This document shows positions 44,098 through 53,024 of a stretch of DNA of 61,147 bases, one piece after another. Every line of letters begins with the position of its first letter. Within the stretch, counting starts at the first letter, position 1. The notes beneath the pieces were generated by a model. It saw only the letters and a program-made list of their open reading frames with translations. It made no database searches and had not been told where the DNA came from. Origin of the DNA: an uncultured Thermoanaerobaculia bacterium (GTDB lineage Bacteria; Acidobacteriota; Thermoanaerobaculia; Multivoradales; JBCCEF01). Location: the NCBI GenBank assembly GCA_964573125.1, contig CAZNIX010000001.1, positions 1 through 61,147 on the forward strand, given 5' to 3'. A program made the position numbers and the translations under genes.

Positions 44098-47000
44098 TCC
44101 TGGCGGTCTTCGCGCTCGCCTTCGTCGGGCTGGCGCTCGCCCTGCGGTCGGGAGCCAAGAGCCTCCGCGAGCGAAACGAGCGGCTCCTCGCCCAGGGGTT
44201 CTCGCCGGCGGAGGATCCGGACCTTCGGCTCTGGATGGCGCGGCACGTCTTCGGCCATGAGCGCGAGCTGCCCCAGATCTCCACCCTGCTCGAGCGCCCG
44301 GACCCGGGTTCGGGGTGCACGATCTCGGTCTGCGACGTGGGCTGGCCCGGCGAGTCGGAGTCGTGGGCCGGCACCGTCCTGGTGCGATCGAACCGGCTCG
44401 AGCTGCCGTGGTTCGTCCTGCTGCCCAAGGTGACCAAGGGACCGAGCACCGAGTTCCTCAACGGGCTGATGATCGAGGAGGAGGCGACGCGGCGGGGCGC
44501 CCGGCTCCTGTCGCTAGAGATGCACCCGCGGGTGGCCCACCGGTACGCCGTCGGCAGTCTCGACCCGGATCGGCTAGCGGCGCGTCTCGACGACGAGCTG
44601 ATGGCCTGGCTGGCGGAGACCGAGACCTTCACGGCAAGCGGCGAAGACGACGTCCTGGTGGTGCGCCCTTGCACACGCTCCGCCGACCGCCTATCCTTGT
44701 CTGCTATCGAAAACGCTACGCGGGGGACGCCCATGAACGACCGGTACAGTCTTGTAGAGGGGCTCGCGGTGGGGGCGATCGGCCTCCTCTCGCTGCTCGC
44801 CGCTCCGCGGCTGGACGCCCAGCCGTACCTGGTCGCGAACATCAACGACACCGAGAGCGGGTTCCGCAGCGAATCCGACCCGTTCGTGCTCGGGGTCGTC
44901 AACGACCGGGTGATCTTCGCCGGCACCGACCTCGAGCACGGGCGCGAGCCGTGGGCGACCGACGGCACCGCGGCCGGTACGCGGCTCCTGGCCGACGTCC
45001 AGCCCGCGTCTTCTCCGACGTTCGGCCCGTTTCGCGTCGGCGAGGTCGGTGAGCTGCTCCTCTGCAGATCGGCCGATCGGTTCTTCGCAACCGACGGCAC
45101 GCCCGAGGGCACGGTAGGGCTCCACTTCCACAAGCTCGGCCAGCGCGAACCGTACAGCCAGGAGGGCGTGTACGGGCGGCTGGATGACCCGCCGCGACTG
45201 CTGATCTCCTTCGAGGAGTTCCTCGTCGGCAGGGACCTCTGGGTCACCGACGGCACGCCCGGAGGAACCCGCCTGGTCGCCGAGCTGAACGGGTCCCCGC
45301 CCGCGGGAGCCTCGATCGGCGATGCCGTGGTCTTCGTCAACAACGAGTCCTCCGAGCTGTGGCGCAGCGACGGCACCCGTGCCGGGACCGTGCCGGTCCG
45401 CAGCTTCGAGCGCATCGACCAGCTCGTCGGCCTCGACGAGGGACGGGCGATCCTCGCGGCCGACGACGGCATCGCCGGGATGGAGATCTGGGTCACCGAC
45501 GGCACCCCCGCGGGGACCCGCCTGGTCGAGGACCTGCGGCCCGGGCCGGACGACACGTCCCTGACGCTGTTCGGCGCCGCCCGCCCCTCGGGCCGGGCGT
45601 TCTTCCTGATCCGCGATCCCGGCTTGAGCCTCTGGAGCACGGACGGCACGGCGGCCGGCACCGTGTTCCTGATCGACGACGCCGGCGGGAGCTTCTACCC
45701 CCAGGTCGACGGGATGCTCTTCGCGGCGATCTCCGTCGCCGACGCCGGCGTGGAGCTGCTGGCGAGCGACGGCACTCCGAACGGCACCCGGATCCTCGAC
45801 CTCTGCCCCGGGAGCTGCTCGAGCTTCCCGGGCCGGGTCACCTCGACCTCGATCGGCCTCCTGTTCGCCGCGTTCGACACGCAGCACGGCAGCGAGCCGT
45901 GGCTGACCGACGGCACCGAGGCCGGGACCCGGCGGCTGGCCGATCTGTGTCCCGGTCCCTGCACCAGCGGAGCCAGGTTCCTCGCCGACCTCGGCAGCGA
46001 GGTCGTCCTCTACTCGACGAACTCCGCCCAGGCGTGGGTGAGCGACGGCACCGAGGCCGGGACGCGCCCGCTGCCGCTGCCGCCGGGCGTGACCATCCCG
46101 ACGACCACCACCGCTGCCGTCGTCGACGGCGTGGCGGTCTTCAACGCCTCGGACCCCGTCGGCGGACGCGAGCCCTGGCGTACCGACGGCACCGCTGCCG
46201 GGACGTTCCGGATCGCCGATCTCGCCGAGGGCGGCGGCGACTTCGGCTCCCGCCCGGCCGGTTTCGAGGAGTTCGGGGGAGAGGCGTTCTTCGTCGCTCT
46301 GGTCGGCACCCCGGCGTCGTCCGTCGGACGTCTCTGGCGGACCGACGGCACCGCGGCCGGCACGAGTCCGATCCCGGCGCTCGACTCGGAAGGCCACGTC
46401 ACCGACTTGCTCGCATCGGGCGGCGATCTCTTCGTGCTCACACAGCACGGCCTGCGGACCGAGCTGTGGCGCACGGACGGCAGCACAGCCGGCACGCGCC
46501 GGATCTTTGCCGACGACGTCCCCGAATCGCCCTCGTGCTGCGAGGCCACGCTCGCCCGTGCCGGCGGAGACCTCTTCGTGCTCGGTCCGGGACTGTGGCG
46601 GGCGGGCCGCACACCGGGATCGGCGCGGAAGCTCGCCGAGCTGGAGTTCTCCGACCGCACGCTCGAGCATGGACCGGGGGTCCTCGACGGCAGGATCTAC
46701 TTCGCCGCCACGGCAGGGGCTACGGGCGGCGAGCCGAACATCGAACTCTGGTCGTCCGACGGCACTCCCGCCGGCACCCGGCGCGTGCGCGACATCCAGC
46801 CGGGGGCGGCGTCGTCGCATCCGCGCGACTTCACCGCGCTCGGGGGCCGGCTCTACTTCATCGCCGTCCACGGGTTCGACCAAGAGGGCCTGTGGCGAAC
46901 CGATGGAACCGAGAGCGGGACCGAGCTGCTGCGCGAGTACGAGAGGTTCTTTGGGGCGGGCCGCATCCTCGGTGCGGTCGGCGGCCGGATCGTGCTGCAC

Positions 47001-48725
47001 GACGGCGAGACCCTGTGGGCGACCGACGGGACCGACTTCGCCGAGCTCGGCAGCCTCTCCGGGGAGATGGGTTCGATCAGCAGCGCGAAGGCGGTGCCGT
47101 TCGCGGGACGACTCTTCTTCATCGCCGGGTTGAGGGACTTCGGCTCCGACCCCCGGCTGTGGTCGACCGACGGCACGCCGGCGGGCACCCACCCGGCCGC
47201 CGGCGGACCGCCGGCCGGGCACCAGGTCTTCAACCTGTTCCGCGCCGGCGAGGGGCTGCTGCTGCTGGTCCAGCACCCGCTCTTCGAGCGGGAGCTCTGG
47301 CTCACCGACGGCACGCCGGCGGGTCGGCGCCGGATCGCCTCGCTGCAGGGGCTGGAGGTCTACGACTTCGGCCTCGGCAACGGCGTGCCGCCGATCGCGC
47401 TCGGCGATCAGCTCCTGTTCAACGCCGTCAGCGATCCGATCGGCGAAGAGCTGTGGGCGGTCGACCTCGACTCGAACCTGCCGCCGTTCGGCCCGCCGGA
47501 GGCACCGAGCGACCTGCGGGCGGAGGCCTGGTCGGAGTCGGGGGTGCGGCTGTCCTGGAGCGACGAGTCGCAGTTCGAGACCTCGTTCCTGATCGCCGGC
47601 GCGACCGCCGAGGAGTCGCTCAGCGGCACGGTCTCGGTGCCCGCCGGAACCGACTCGGTGTTCATCCAGGGGCTGCCGCCCGAGACGCCGTTCACCTTCA
47701 CCGTGACGGCAGTCAACTCGATGGGCGCCTCGGCGCCGAGCAACGAGGCGAGCGCGACGCCGCTGCCCGCGGTCGCCGGCCCCTGCCTCGCCGACGCCGG
47801 CACGCTCTGCCTGGCCGGCGGACGGTTCGCGGTCTCGGTGCTGTGGCGCGACCAGCACAACGGCGGCGTCGGCACCGGCGGCGCCCTGCCGCTCGCCGGC
47901 TCCGACCGCACCGGGCTGTTCTGGTTCTTCGATCCCGCCAACGTCGAGCTGATCGCCAAGGCGCTCGACGGCAGCACCGTCAACGGCTTCTACTGGTCGT
48001 TCTACGGCGCGCTCTCCGACGTCGAGTACTGGGTCACCGTGGTCGACACCGACCGACGGCGCAGCCGCACCTACCACAACCGGCCGGGCGAGGTCTGCGG
48101 GGTCGGCGACACGATGGCGTTCCCCGAGGTCGCGCCGGTGGCGGGCGAGGCGGCCACCTCGACGGGCGATGCGGCGGGCGAGGCGGGCGCAGTGGTGGTG
48201 ACGTGGCCGTTCACGCCAGCCGCCGCGGAATCGCGGCGGGACCGGCCGGGCGCGGCGAGCGCATCGGCTCAGCCTGCACTGACTCCACCGGCGGAGGCGC
48301 TCGATCCGCGTGGCCGCTGGCGCGCCCTGTCGCTGCCGGCCGGCGAACCGCCGGCAGCTCTCGCCGCGGCCGGCACGACCGGCGGCTCGTGCGCGCCCGG
48401 ACCCGAGACCCTCTGCCTGCTCGGCGGCCGCCTGCGCGTCGAGGTCGACTGGCACGACCAGCACAACGGCGGCAGCGGCACCGGCAAGGCGGTGCTGGGC
48501 ACCGACAAGTCGGGCTTCTTCTGGTTCTTCAACGCCGACAACCTCGAGCTGGTGGTCAAGGCGCTCGACGGCACCACCGTCAACGGCCACCTGTGGGTCT
48601 TCTACGGCGCGCTGTCAGACGTCGAGTACACGATCACCGTCACCGACACCACGACCGGCGCCGCCGTCCCCTACCACAACCCGCCCGGCGAGATCTGCGG
48701 CGGCGCCGACACCGAGGCGTTCTGA
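44070..48725 (+). CDS. Giant ELWxxDGT-repeat exoprotein with FN3 domain and two tandem copies of a C-terminal Cys-bracketed domain
   Basis: ORF 43956..48725. ATG 44070 gives an N-terminal TM helix (WVILAVFALAFVGLALAL). An internal ATG 44733 gives a classic signal peptide (MNDRYSLVEGLAVGAIGLLSLLAAPRLDAQP) with no intervening stop. There are ~16 repeats of [ED][LP]W.[ST]DGT.[AG]GT (REPWATDGTAAGT, DLWVTDGTPGGT, ELWRSDGTRAGT ...). An FN3-like segment lies at ~47490-47760. Domain copies are at 47778-48122 and 48390-48722. Confidence 0.85.
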   Translation: MDGATLGWVILAVFALAFVGLALALRSGAKSLRERNERLLAQGFSPAEDPDLRLWMARHVFGHERELPQISTLLERPDPGSGCTISVCDVGWPGESESWAGTVLVRSNRLELPWFVLLPKVTKGPSTEFLNGLMIEEEATRRGARLLSLEMHPRVAHRYAVGSLDPDRLAARLDDELMAWLAETETFTASGEDDVLVVRPCTRSADRLSLSAIENATRGTPMNDRYSLVEGLAVGAIGLLSLLAAPRLDAQPYLVANINDTESGFRSESDPFVLGVVNDRVIFAGTDLEHGREPWATDGTAAGTRLLADVQPASSPTFGPFRVGEVGELLLCRSADRFFATDGTPEGTVGLHFHKLGQREPYSQEGVYGRLDDPPRLLISFEEFLVGRDLWVTDGTPGGTRLVAELNGSPPAGASIGDAVVFVNNESSELWRSDGTRAGTVPVRSFERIDQLVGLDEGRAILAADDGIAGMEIWVTDGTPAGTRLVEDLRPGPDDTSLTLFGAARPSGRAFFLIRDPGLSLWSTDGTAAGTVFLIDDAGGSFYPQVDGMLFAAISVADAGVELLASDGTPNGTRILDLCPGSCSSFPGRVTSTSIGLLFAAFDTQHGSEPWLTDGTEAGTRRLADLCPGPCTSGARFLADLGSEVVLYSTNSAQAWVSDGTEAGTRPLPLPPGVTIPTTTTAAVVDGVAVFNASDPVGGREPWRTDGTAAGTFRIADLAEGGGDFGSRPAGFEEFGGEAFFVALVGTPASSVGRLWRTDGTAAGTSPIPALDSEGHVTDLLASGGDLFVLTQHGLRTELWRTDGSTAGTRRIFADDVPESPSCCEATLARAGGDLFVLGPGLWRAGRTPGSARKLAELEFSDRTLEHGPGVLDGRIYFAATAGATGGEPNIELWSSDGTPAGTRRVRDIQPGAASSHPRDFTALGGRLYFIAVHGFDQEGLWRTDGTESGTELLREYERFFGAGRILGAVGGRIVLHDGETLWATDGTDFAELGSLSGEMGSISSAKAVPFAGRLFFIAGLRDFGSDPRLWSTDGTPAGTHPAAGGPPAGHQVFNLFRAGEGLLLLVQHPLFERELWLTDGTPAGRRRIASLQGLEVYDFGLGNGVPPIALGDQLLFNAVSDPIGEELWAVDLDSNLPPFGPPEAPSDLRAEAWSESGVRLSWSDESQFETSFLIAGATAEESLSGTVSVPAGTDSVFIQGLPPETPFTFTVTAVNSMGASAPSNEASATPLPAVAGPCLADAGTLCLAGGRFAVSVLWRDQHNGGVGTGGALPLAGSDRTGLFWFFDPANVELIAKALDGSTVNGFYWSFYGALSDVEYWVTVVDTDRRRSRTYHNRPGEVCGVGDTMAFPEVAPVAGEAATSTGDAAGEAGAVVVTWPFTPAAAESRRDRPGAASASAQPALTPPAEALDPRGRWRALSLPAGEPPAALAAAGTTGGSCAPGPETLCLLGGRLRVEVDWHDQHNGGSGTGKAVLGTDKSGFFWFFNADNLELVVKALDGTTVNGHLWVFYGALSDVEYTITVTDTTTGAAVPYHNPPGEICGGADTEAF

Positions 48726-48782
48726 GTCCGCCATGCGCCTTCGGCACACCCTAATGGAGGAAACACCAGGCCATGCGGAGTG

Positions 48783-48980
48783 TTACCGTTCGTAACGAAC
48801 ATCAGCGTGTTTCTTCGTAGCAAGCGGTCCCTCTGACCGAAGGTCGGAAGGGAAGCGAAAGCCGTGCGCTGACTCGGTGGCGGCGACTTCCGATTCCGTG
48901 AGGCCGGGTGCGAACCGAATGCCTTGTTCTCGGAGAGCGCTGACGACGGCTTCGAGGTATTCGGGTGGCAAGTCGGTCAT
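48783..48980 (-). pseudogene. SMI1/KNR4-like N-terminal fragment
   Basis: MTDLPPEYLEAVVSALREQGIRFAPGLTESEVAATESAHGFRFPSDLRS resembles the start of SMI1/KNR4 family (immunity-type) proteins. The frame ends after 65 codons, far shorter than the family. Confidence 0.45.
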
Positions 48981-49041
48981 GAGGTCAGGCCGTCCCCGGG
49001 AGCACGACACCGAGTCTGCCACGACAGCCACCACCATGGGG

Positions 49042-49569
49042 TCACGGCGTCACTGGCGGCTGCGACCCAACCCTCTCGACCGGGAGACCGTAGGCCCATT
49101 GCTTGGGCCAGAACCCGTCCTCGATCCGCGCCGCCACGGTTGCGACGGTCTCCTCGCTGTAAAGGCAGGTGTCGAGCTGCGGGACGCGAGTCTCATTGTC
49201 GGCGACATACTGCGGCAGGAGAGTCTCCAGCTCTCCGCGGTCCGTCCAGTAGAGGCCGGCAAGGGCGTAGAGCCGACCAGCCGGCGTCTCCGCGGCGGCG
49301 AGCAACCTCTTGAACCGCTTGTCGGCCCGCGGGCTCTGGAGGACGCGCCGATACGCCGCCACGTAGCAGCTCGGAGCGCCGCCATCTCCGACGTAGGGTG
49401 ACTCGATTTCGGTGGCGGTCCGTAGGATCTTCATCGCCATCGCCTGTTTCGAATCCAGGCGATGCCCGCTCTCCTCCCGGCAGTACCACAAACGCCCGCT
49501 CAGACAACCGCCGAGCGTCGTACACGCCAGGAAGAGGAGCCCAAGCCGAAGACCACCCCACTCCATCAT
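49042..49569 (-). CDS. Hypothetical lipoprotein
   Basis: ORF 49042..49737. The upstream part is antisense to the integrase-repeat leader. The likely start is ATG 49569 (MMEWGGLRLGLLFLACTTLGGC, lipobox-like LGGC). I recognise no family. Confidence 0.5.
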   Translation of the reverse strand: MMEWGGLRLGLLFLACTTLGGCLSGRLWYCREESGHRLDSKQAMAMKILRTATEIESPYVGDGGAPSCYVAAYRRVLQSPRADKRFKRLLAAAETPAGRLYALAGLYWTDRGELETLLPQYVADNETRVPQLDTCLYSEETVATVAARIEDGFWPKQWAYGLPVERVGSQPPVTP

Positions 49570-49726
49570 GCCGTCTCGGTAGACACCGCGAGCGGGCAAC
49601 ACGTTCCCCCGGAGGCCCGCCTCGTCGCAGCCAGACTCGATTCGCCGCCATCTCGTGGTTGACGAGAACCGGCGTTTTCCCGTAGCCACTGGCCTCCCAA
49701 CGAGGACCACGAGAGGAGGCCGCCCC

Positions 49727-50040
49727 ATGCCCCGCAACCCCGCCGAGAACCCCGCCGCCGTCTACCGCGACTCCCTGAGCCGAGGGAGCTACTGGGCGGT
49801 CCACCATTACCTCGAGACGATCGTGAAGCTCCTCGGTACCTCCGACCCCTGGACCTACCCGTGGCACCGCCTACGCTACCGCGACACGGCGCGCGTGCGG
49901 GCGCATCTCGTCGAGCGCTACGCGCCCGCGACGGTTAACAAGATCCTCTCGGCGCTTCGCGGCGTGCTCAAGACCTGCTGGCGGCTCGGGCTCATGGACG
50001 CCGAGACCTATGCCCGAGCGGCCGACGTCGCCAACGTCCG
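49727..50040 (+). pseudogene. 5' fragment (first ~105 codons) of a second tyrosine recombinase copy
   Basis: MPRNPAENPAAVYRDSLSRGSYWAVHHYLETIVKLLG...AADVANVR is colinear with the intact integrase (31736-32049), including the upstream TTGACGAGAA...GAGAGGAGG leader (49655-49726). Similarity stops abruptly at 50040, and the rest of ORF 49655..50299 is unrelated. Confidence 0.8.
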
Positions 50041-50044
50041 TCGC

Positions 50045-50137
50045 GATAGAAGCCGAGTGCCCGCGCTCGAGGTCGGCGACCTTGAGGTGGACGAAGCCGA
50101 TCCGGGCCTCGGGATCGATAGGGCGCGCCGGTGTCAT
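50045..50137 (-). pseudogene. Possible N-terminal stub of a glyoxalase/VOC-family gene
   Basis: MTPARPIDPEARIGFVHLKVADLERG.. (ATG 50137) looks like the first beta-strand/helix of VOC proteins (hVhLkVaDLer). It is cut off where the integrase fragment begins. Confidence 0.35.
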
Positions 50138-50295
50138 CGCCTGTCGAAGTGCGGGCTGGTACGCCCACGCAATCCAACGAGGAGAGGCCCGGAGCATTCG
50201 CCCCGGGCACCCTACCGAACCATACCTTGCCCTACCACGCCATTCCGCACCAAACCGCTAACGGCGCCAGAGGCTAGCCTAGGGACAGGAACAAG

Positions 50296-50883
50296 CTAGC
50301 GACTCTCCGCTTGGGCCACCGGAGGCCGGCCCGCATCGAACCGAAGGTCCAGCTTGCCGTCGACGCCGTCGTAGCGAAACCTCGCGAACCGGAGCAGGTC
50401 GCGCCCCATCAGGCCGATCAGCTCCGTTGGCTTCCCCTCGCGAGTGAGGCCGGTCATCTCGAACGGCTTTTCCAAGTCGGGAAGGCCCTGGACCTCGCGC
50501 TCGAGGGAGATGCGCGAGGAGGCACCGCGAGAGCCCGAGATGGCGATCTCGAGGCGTGCGAAGTAGACCGGATTCTCGTGGCGGCCACCTGCACCGTAGC
50601 CAACCCCCATCCGGGTGGGCTTGAGTCCGAGTCTCTCCGCTGCCGTTTGGGAGATGCAGGTCCCTGAGGCTGCCGTGTCCAGCAGGATGGCGCCGACCAC
50701 GGGCGGTGGCGGCTGCTGGCCGTGATCGAGAAGCGCCTCGGCGAGGCGCATCGGGATCATCCAGCGAGCGGGGATGATGGGGCCGTGGATGTGGAGGACG
50801 TCTGGCCCGTAGGTCTCGACAATACGAGTCGGCACCCGCGGCGTGCTAGGCCTCCATCCGCTTCCCGCCCTACGTTTCCCCAA
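50296..50883 (-). CDS. Retropepsin-like (clan AA) aspartic protease family protein
   Basis: 195 aa. AILLDTAASGTCIS occupies the position of the D-[TS]-G-A active-site loop (here D-T-A-A-S-G). LIGLMGRDLL resembles the retropepsin flap/ILG.D motif. The size fits the bacterial/archaeal stand-alone clan AA family. Confidence 0.6.
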   Translation of the reverse strand: MGKRRAGSGWRPSTPRVPTRIVETYGPDVLHIHGPIIPARWMIPMRLAEALLDHGQQPPPPVVGAILLDTAASGTCISQTAAERLGLKPTRMGVGYGAGGRHENPVYFARLEIAISGSRGASSRISLEREVQGLPDLEKPFEMTGLTREGKPTELIGLMGRDLLRFARFRYDGVDGKLDLRFDAGRPPVAQAESR

Positions 50884-51166
50884 ACATCACTCCCAGGTCC
50901 CAGGCGATCGACGTGACCTCGGGCCGGCGACGCTTCACTTCCGAGACCAGGAATACGGTGTCCAGACCGAAGCGATCCAGTGCGAAGCCGTAGGCGTCGT
51001 CGTAGGTGGAGAAGAAGCCGGCGGGCTCGCCGTCATGGAAGACAGCGAACTCCCCGGCGTGTCTTTCCAGCATATCCTCGAGCACGGCATCGAAGGCTCG
51101 CTGCTCGGCGCGTAGCGTCTCTAGCCGGTCAGTCACGGCTTCCTCCCGGGGATCGGATGGCCACAT
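50870..51166 (-). CDS. Hypothetical 98-aa protein, overlapping partner of the aspartic protease gene
   Basis: MWPSDPREEAVTDRLETLRAEQRAFDAVLEDMLERHAGEFAVFHDGEPAGFFSTYDDAYGFALDRFG.. There is a 14-nt overlap with the protease start. The second half has a 'v.i.dgevvg.f.t..eA' pattern seen in small antitoxin-like/DUF5678-like proteins (from memory only). Confidence 0.45.
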   Translation of the reverse strand: MWPSDPREEAVTDRLETLRAEQRAFDAVLEDMLERHAGEFAVFHDGEPAGFFSTYDDAYGFALDRFGLDTVFLVSEVKRRRPEVTSIAWDLGVMFGET

Positions 51167-51509
51167 GGTACCTCATGGCCATTGTGCATACTCGATACGG
51201 CAAAGCGGACAGGCAGGTTCGGGGCTGCCGGCTGAGGGGCTCATTGATCTCGCTCATGTCCGTCTCCATGCCTCGGTAGCCATCATACGCCCGTGGTCAT
51301 CCTCGCCGGTGTCGCTCGCCGGAACTCCACCACGCGGGCTTCGGCCCGCCGCCGGCGATCTCCTCCATCCGCCTTCCCCAATCGGTAAGCGCCTGCTGCT
51401 TTTCCGGATCGGCACCGTAGCGGTCGCGGTCGGAGGGCGGGGTGGGCGGTGAAGGTGCCATCGCGTTCCATCGTGCCCGGGCCAGACGGCCCTCTGGCGG
51501 GTCGCGATC

Positions 51510-52673
51510 CTAGCCGGCGGCCAGCCGCAGAATCACCAGGAGGTCGGCCCCACCGAGCACGACCAGCACCTCGTCCAGGCCGTCGCCGTCGAGGTCGCCG
51601 CAGGCGATCCCCTCGGGCTGGCGGCCGACGGGGACCGTGCGCGTCACGGCGCCGGGTTCGCGCCAGCTCGCGGTGGTGACGCTGCCGCCGTTGTAGTCCG
51701 CGGTGATCGCCTCGGCGCGGCCATCGCCGTCGAGATCGCACGCGGCGACCGCCACCGGCGCCGCCCCGGTCGGCAGCGGCTGGACCGAACCGCCGAACGG
51801 TGCGAGGCCGCCGCGGCCGTCGCCGCGCAGAAGGATCAGACCGTCGCGCCCGCGCCCGGTCGAGTTGCTCGCCGAGCTGGCGACCGCGAGGTCGGCGGCG
51901 CCGTCGCCGTCGAAGTCGCCCGCGGTGACCGCGAACGGCGCATCGCCGGCGGCGAAGGGCGAGCCGGGTGCCGGGCGGAAGCCTCCCTGCCCGTCGCCCA
52001 GGAGCACGGTCACGTCCCCGCCCCGGAGGTTTGCGGTCAGCACGTCCAGCGTCCCGCTGGCGTCGATGTCGGCCAAGCGGACCTTGTGGTAGGGATGGTC
52101 GCCGACCTGCAGGACCGGGCCGGCGCGGAAGCCGCCGTCGCCGTCGCCCCAGAACAGGTGGACCGAGTCGTCCTCCCAACTGTCGAGCGCGAGGTCGGGT
52201 CGGCCGTCGCCGTCGAGATCGCCGGCCGCGATGCCGTGCGGGTGCGGGCGCACGCCGACGATCAACGGACCGGCGCTCGCCGGCACCCAGCGCCCGGCGC
52301 GCGCGAGCAGCACCGTCACGCGATCGGAGTCGTGGTTCGCCAGCGCGAGATCGGACGCGCCATCGCCGTCGAAGTCTGCGACCGCGAGGTCGTTCGGGTT
52401 CGGGCCGGCGGCGAAGGGCGAGCCGGAGACCTCGGAGAACCGGCCCGCTGGCTGCCCGAGGAAGACCGAGACATCGCCGCTCGCCGCGTTGGCCACCGCG
52501 GCGTCGAGCCGGCCGTCGCCGTCGAGATCGGCCACTGCCACCGCAGCGGGTCCGCGGCCGGTGGGATGGCGCGCGATCTCGACCAGGTTGGGCGACAGCG
52601 GCGAGGCGCAGCCGAGGCCGAACAGCGGGACAAGAGGCGAAAGGAGCAACCGCGGTATGCGGGAATCGCGCAT
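51510..52673 (-). CDS. FG-GAP/VCBS repeat lipoprotein (7-bladed propeller-like)
   Basis: Lipoprotein signal: MRDSRIPRLLLSPLVPLFGLGC. Seven repeats are of the type ADLDGDGRLDAAVAN / ADFDGDGASDLALAN / GDLDGDGRPDLAL / ADIDASGTLDVLTAN / GDFDGDGAADLAVAS / CDLDGDGRAEAITAD / GDLDGDGLDEVLVV. Confidence 0.8.
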   Translation of the reverse strand: MRDSRIPRLLLSPLVPLFGLGCASPLSPNLVEIARHPTGRGPAAVAVADLDGDGRLDAAVANAASGDVSVFLGQPAGRFSEVSGSPFAAGPNPNDLAVADFDGDGASDLALANHDSDRVTVLLARAGRWVPASAGPLIVGVRPHPHGIAAGDLDGDGRPDLALDSWEDDSVHLFWGDGDGGFRAGPVLQVGDHPYHKVRLADIDASGTLDVLTANLRGGDVTVLLGDGQGGFRPAPGSPFAAGDAPFAVTAGDFDGDGAADLAVASSASNSTGRGRDGLILLRGDGRGGLAPFGGSVQPLPTGAAPVAVAACDLDGDGRAEAITADYNGGSVTTASWREPGAVTRTVPVGRQPEGIACGDLDGDGLDEVLVVLGGADLLVILRLAAG

Positions 52674-53024
52674 CGGATCTCTCCGGGCAGGGCGACGACC
52701 GCGGTGACGATACCCTCGAAATGGGGCGAACAGTCGGCCAGTGTGGCGGCGGTGGTGGTGAACCGCGGGCCAGAGTGGGGGTGGTAGTGGTGAGCCCGCC
52801 AGGCGCCCGCCGTCTCTGAGGCCGGTGGGAGGGCACCAGAGGCCCGCCGCCGCCCGCGGCCATGGTGACCCTGCCGCCAGCCTGCTGGCGGCCCCGCCAG
52901 ACCAACCCGTCAGCGCGTGCCAACCGGCGGCTGGCTCAGCTACTGGCGAGGCAGTGCCCGAGGTGCCCTGGCGAGGTCACACCTTGCCCTTGCTCTGGAC
53001 GCTTTCCGTGGTAAGTCTGAGACG

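Noticed and set aside
44691-48754. 1299-aa minus-strand ORF (44691..48590), 1131-aa plus-strand ORF (45359..48754) and 43964..45661(-) inside the ELWxxDGT gene
   Set aside because: This is the same artefact: R/G/P/A-rich translations shadowing a frame that shows ~16 clean ELWxxDGT repeats, an FN3 domain and duplicated C-terminal domains.
51283-51459. Small minus-strand ORF (~58 aa, MAPSPPTPPSDRDRYGADPEKQQALTDWGRRMEEIAGGG..) between the FG-GAP lipoprotein gene and the protease partner gene
   Set aside because: It is plausible by codon third-position bias, but it is short, has no recognisable motif or clear RBS, and is not in the supplied ORF track. The evidence is insufficient to call it.
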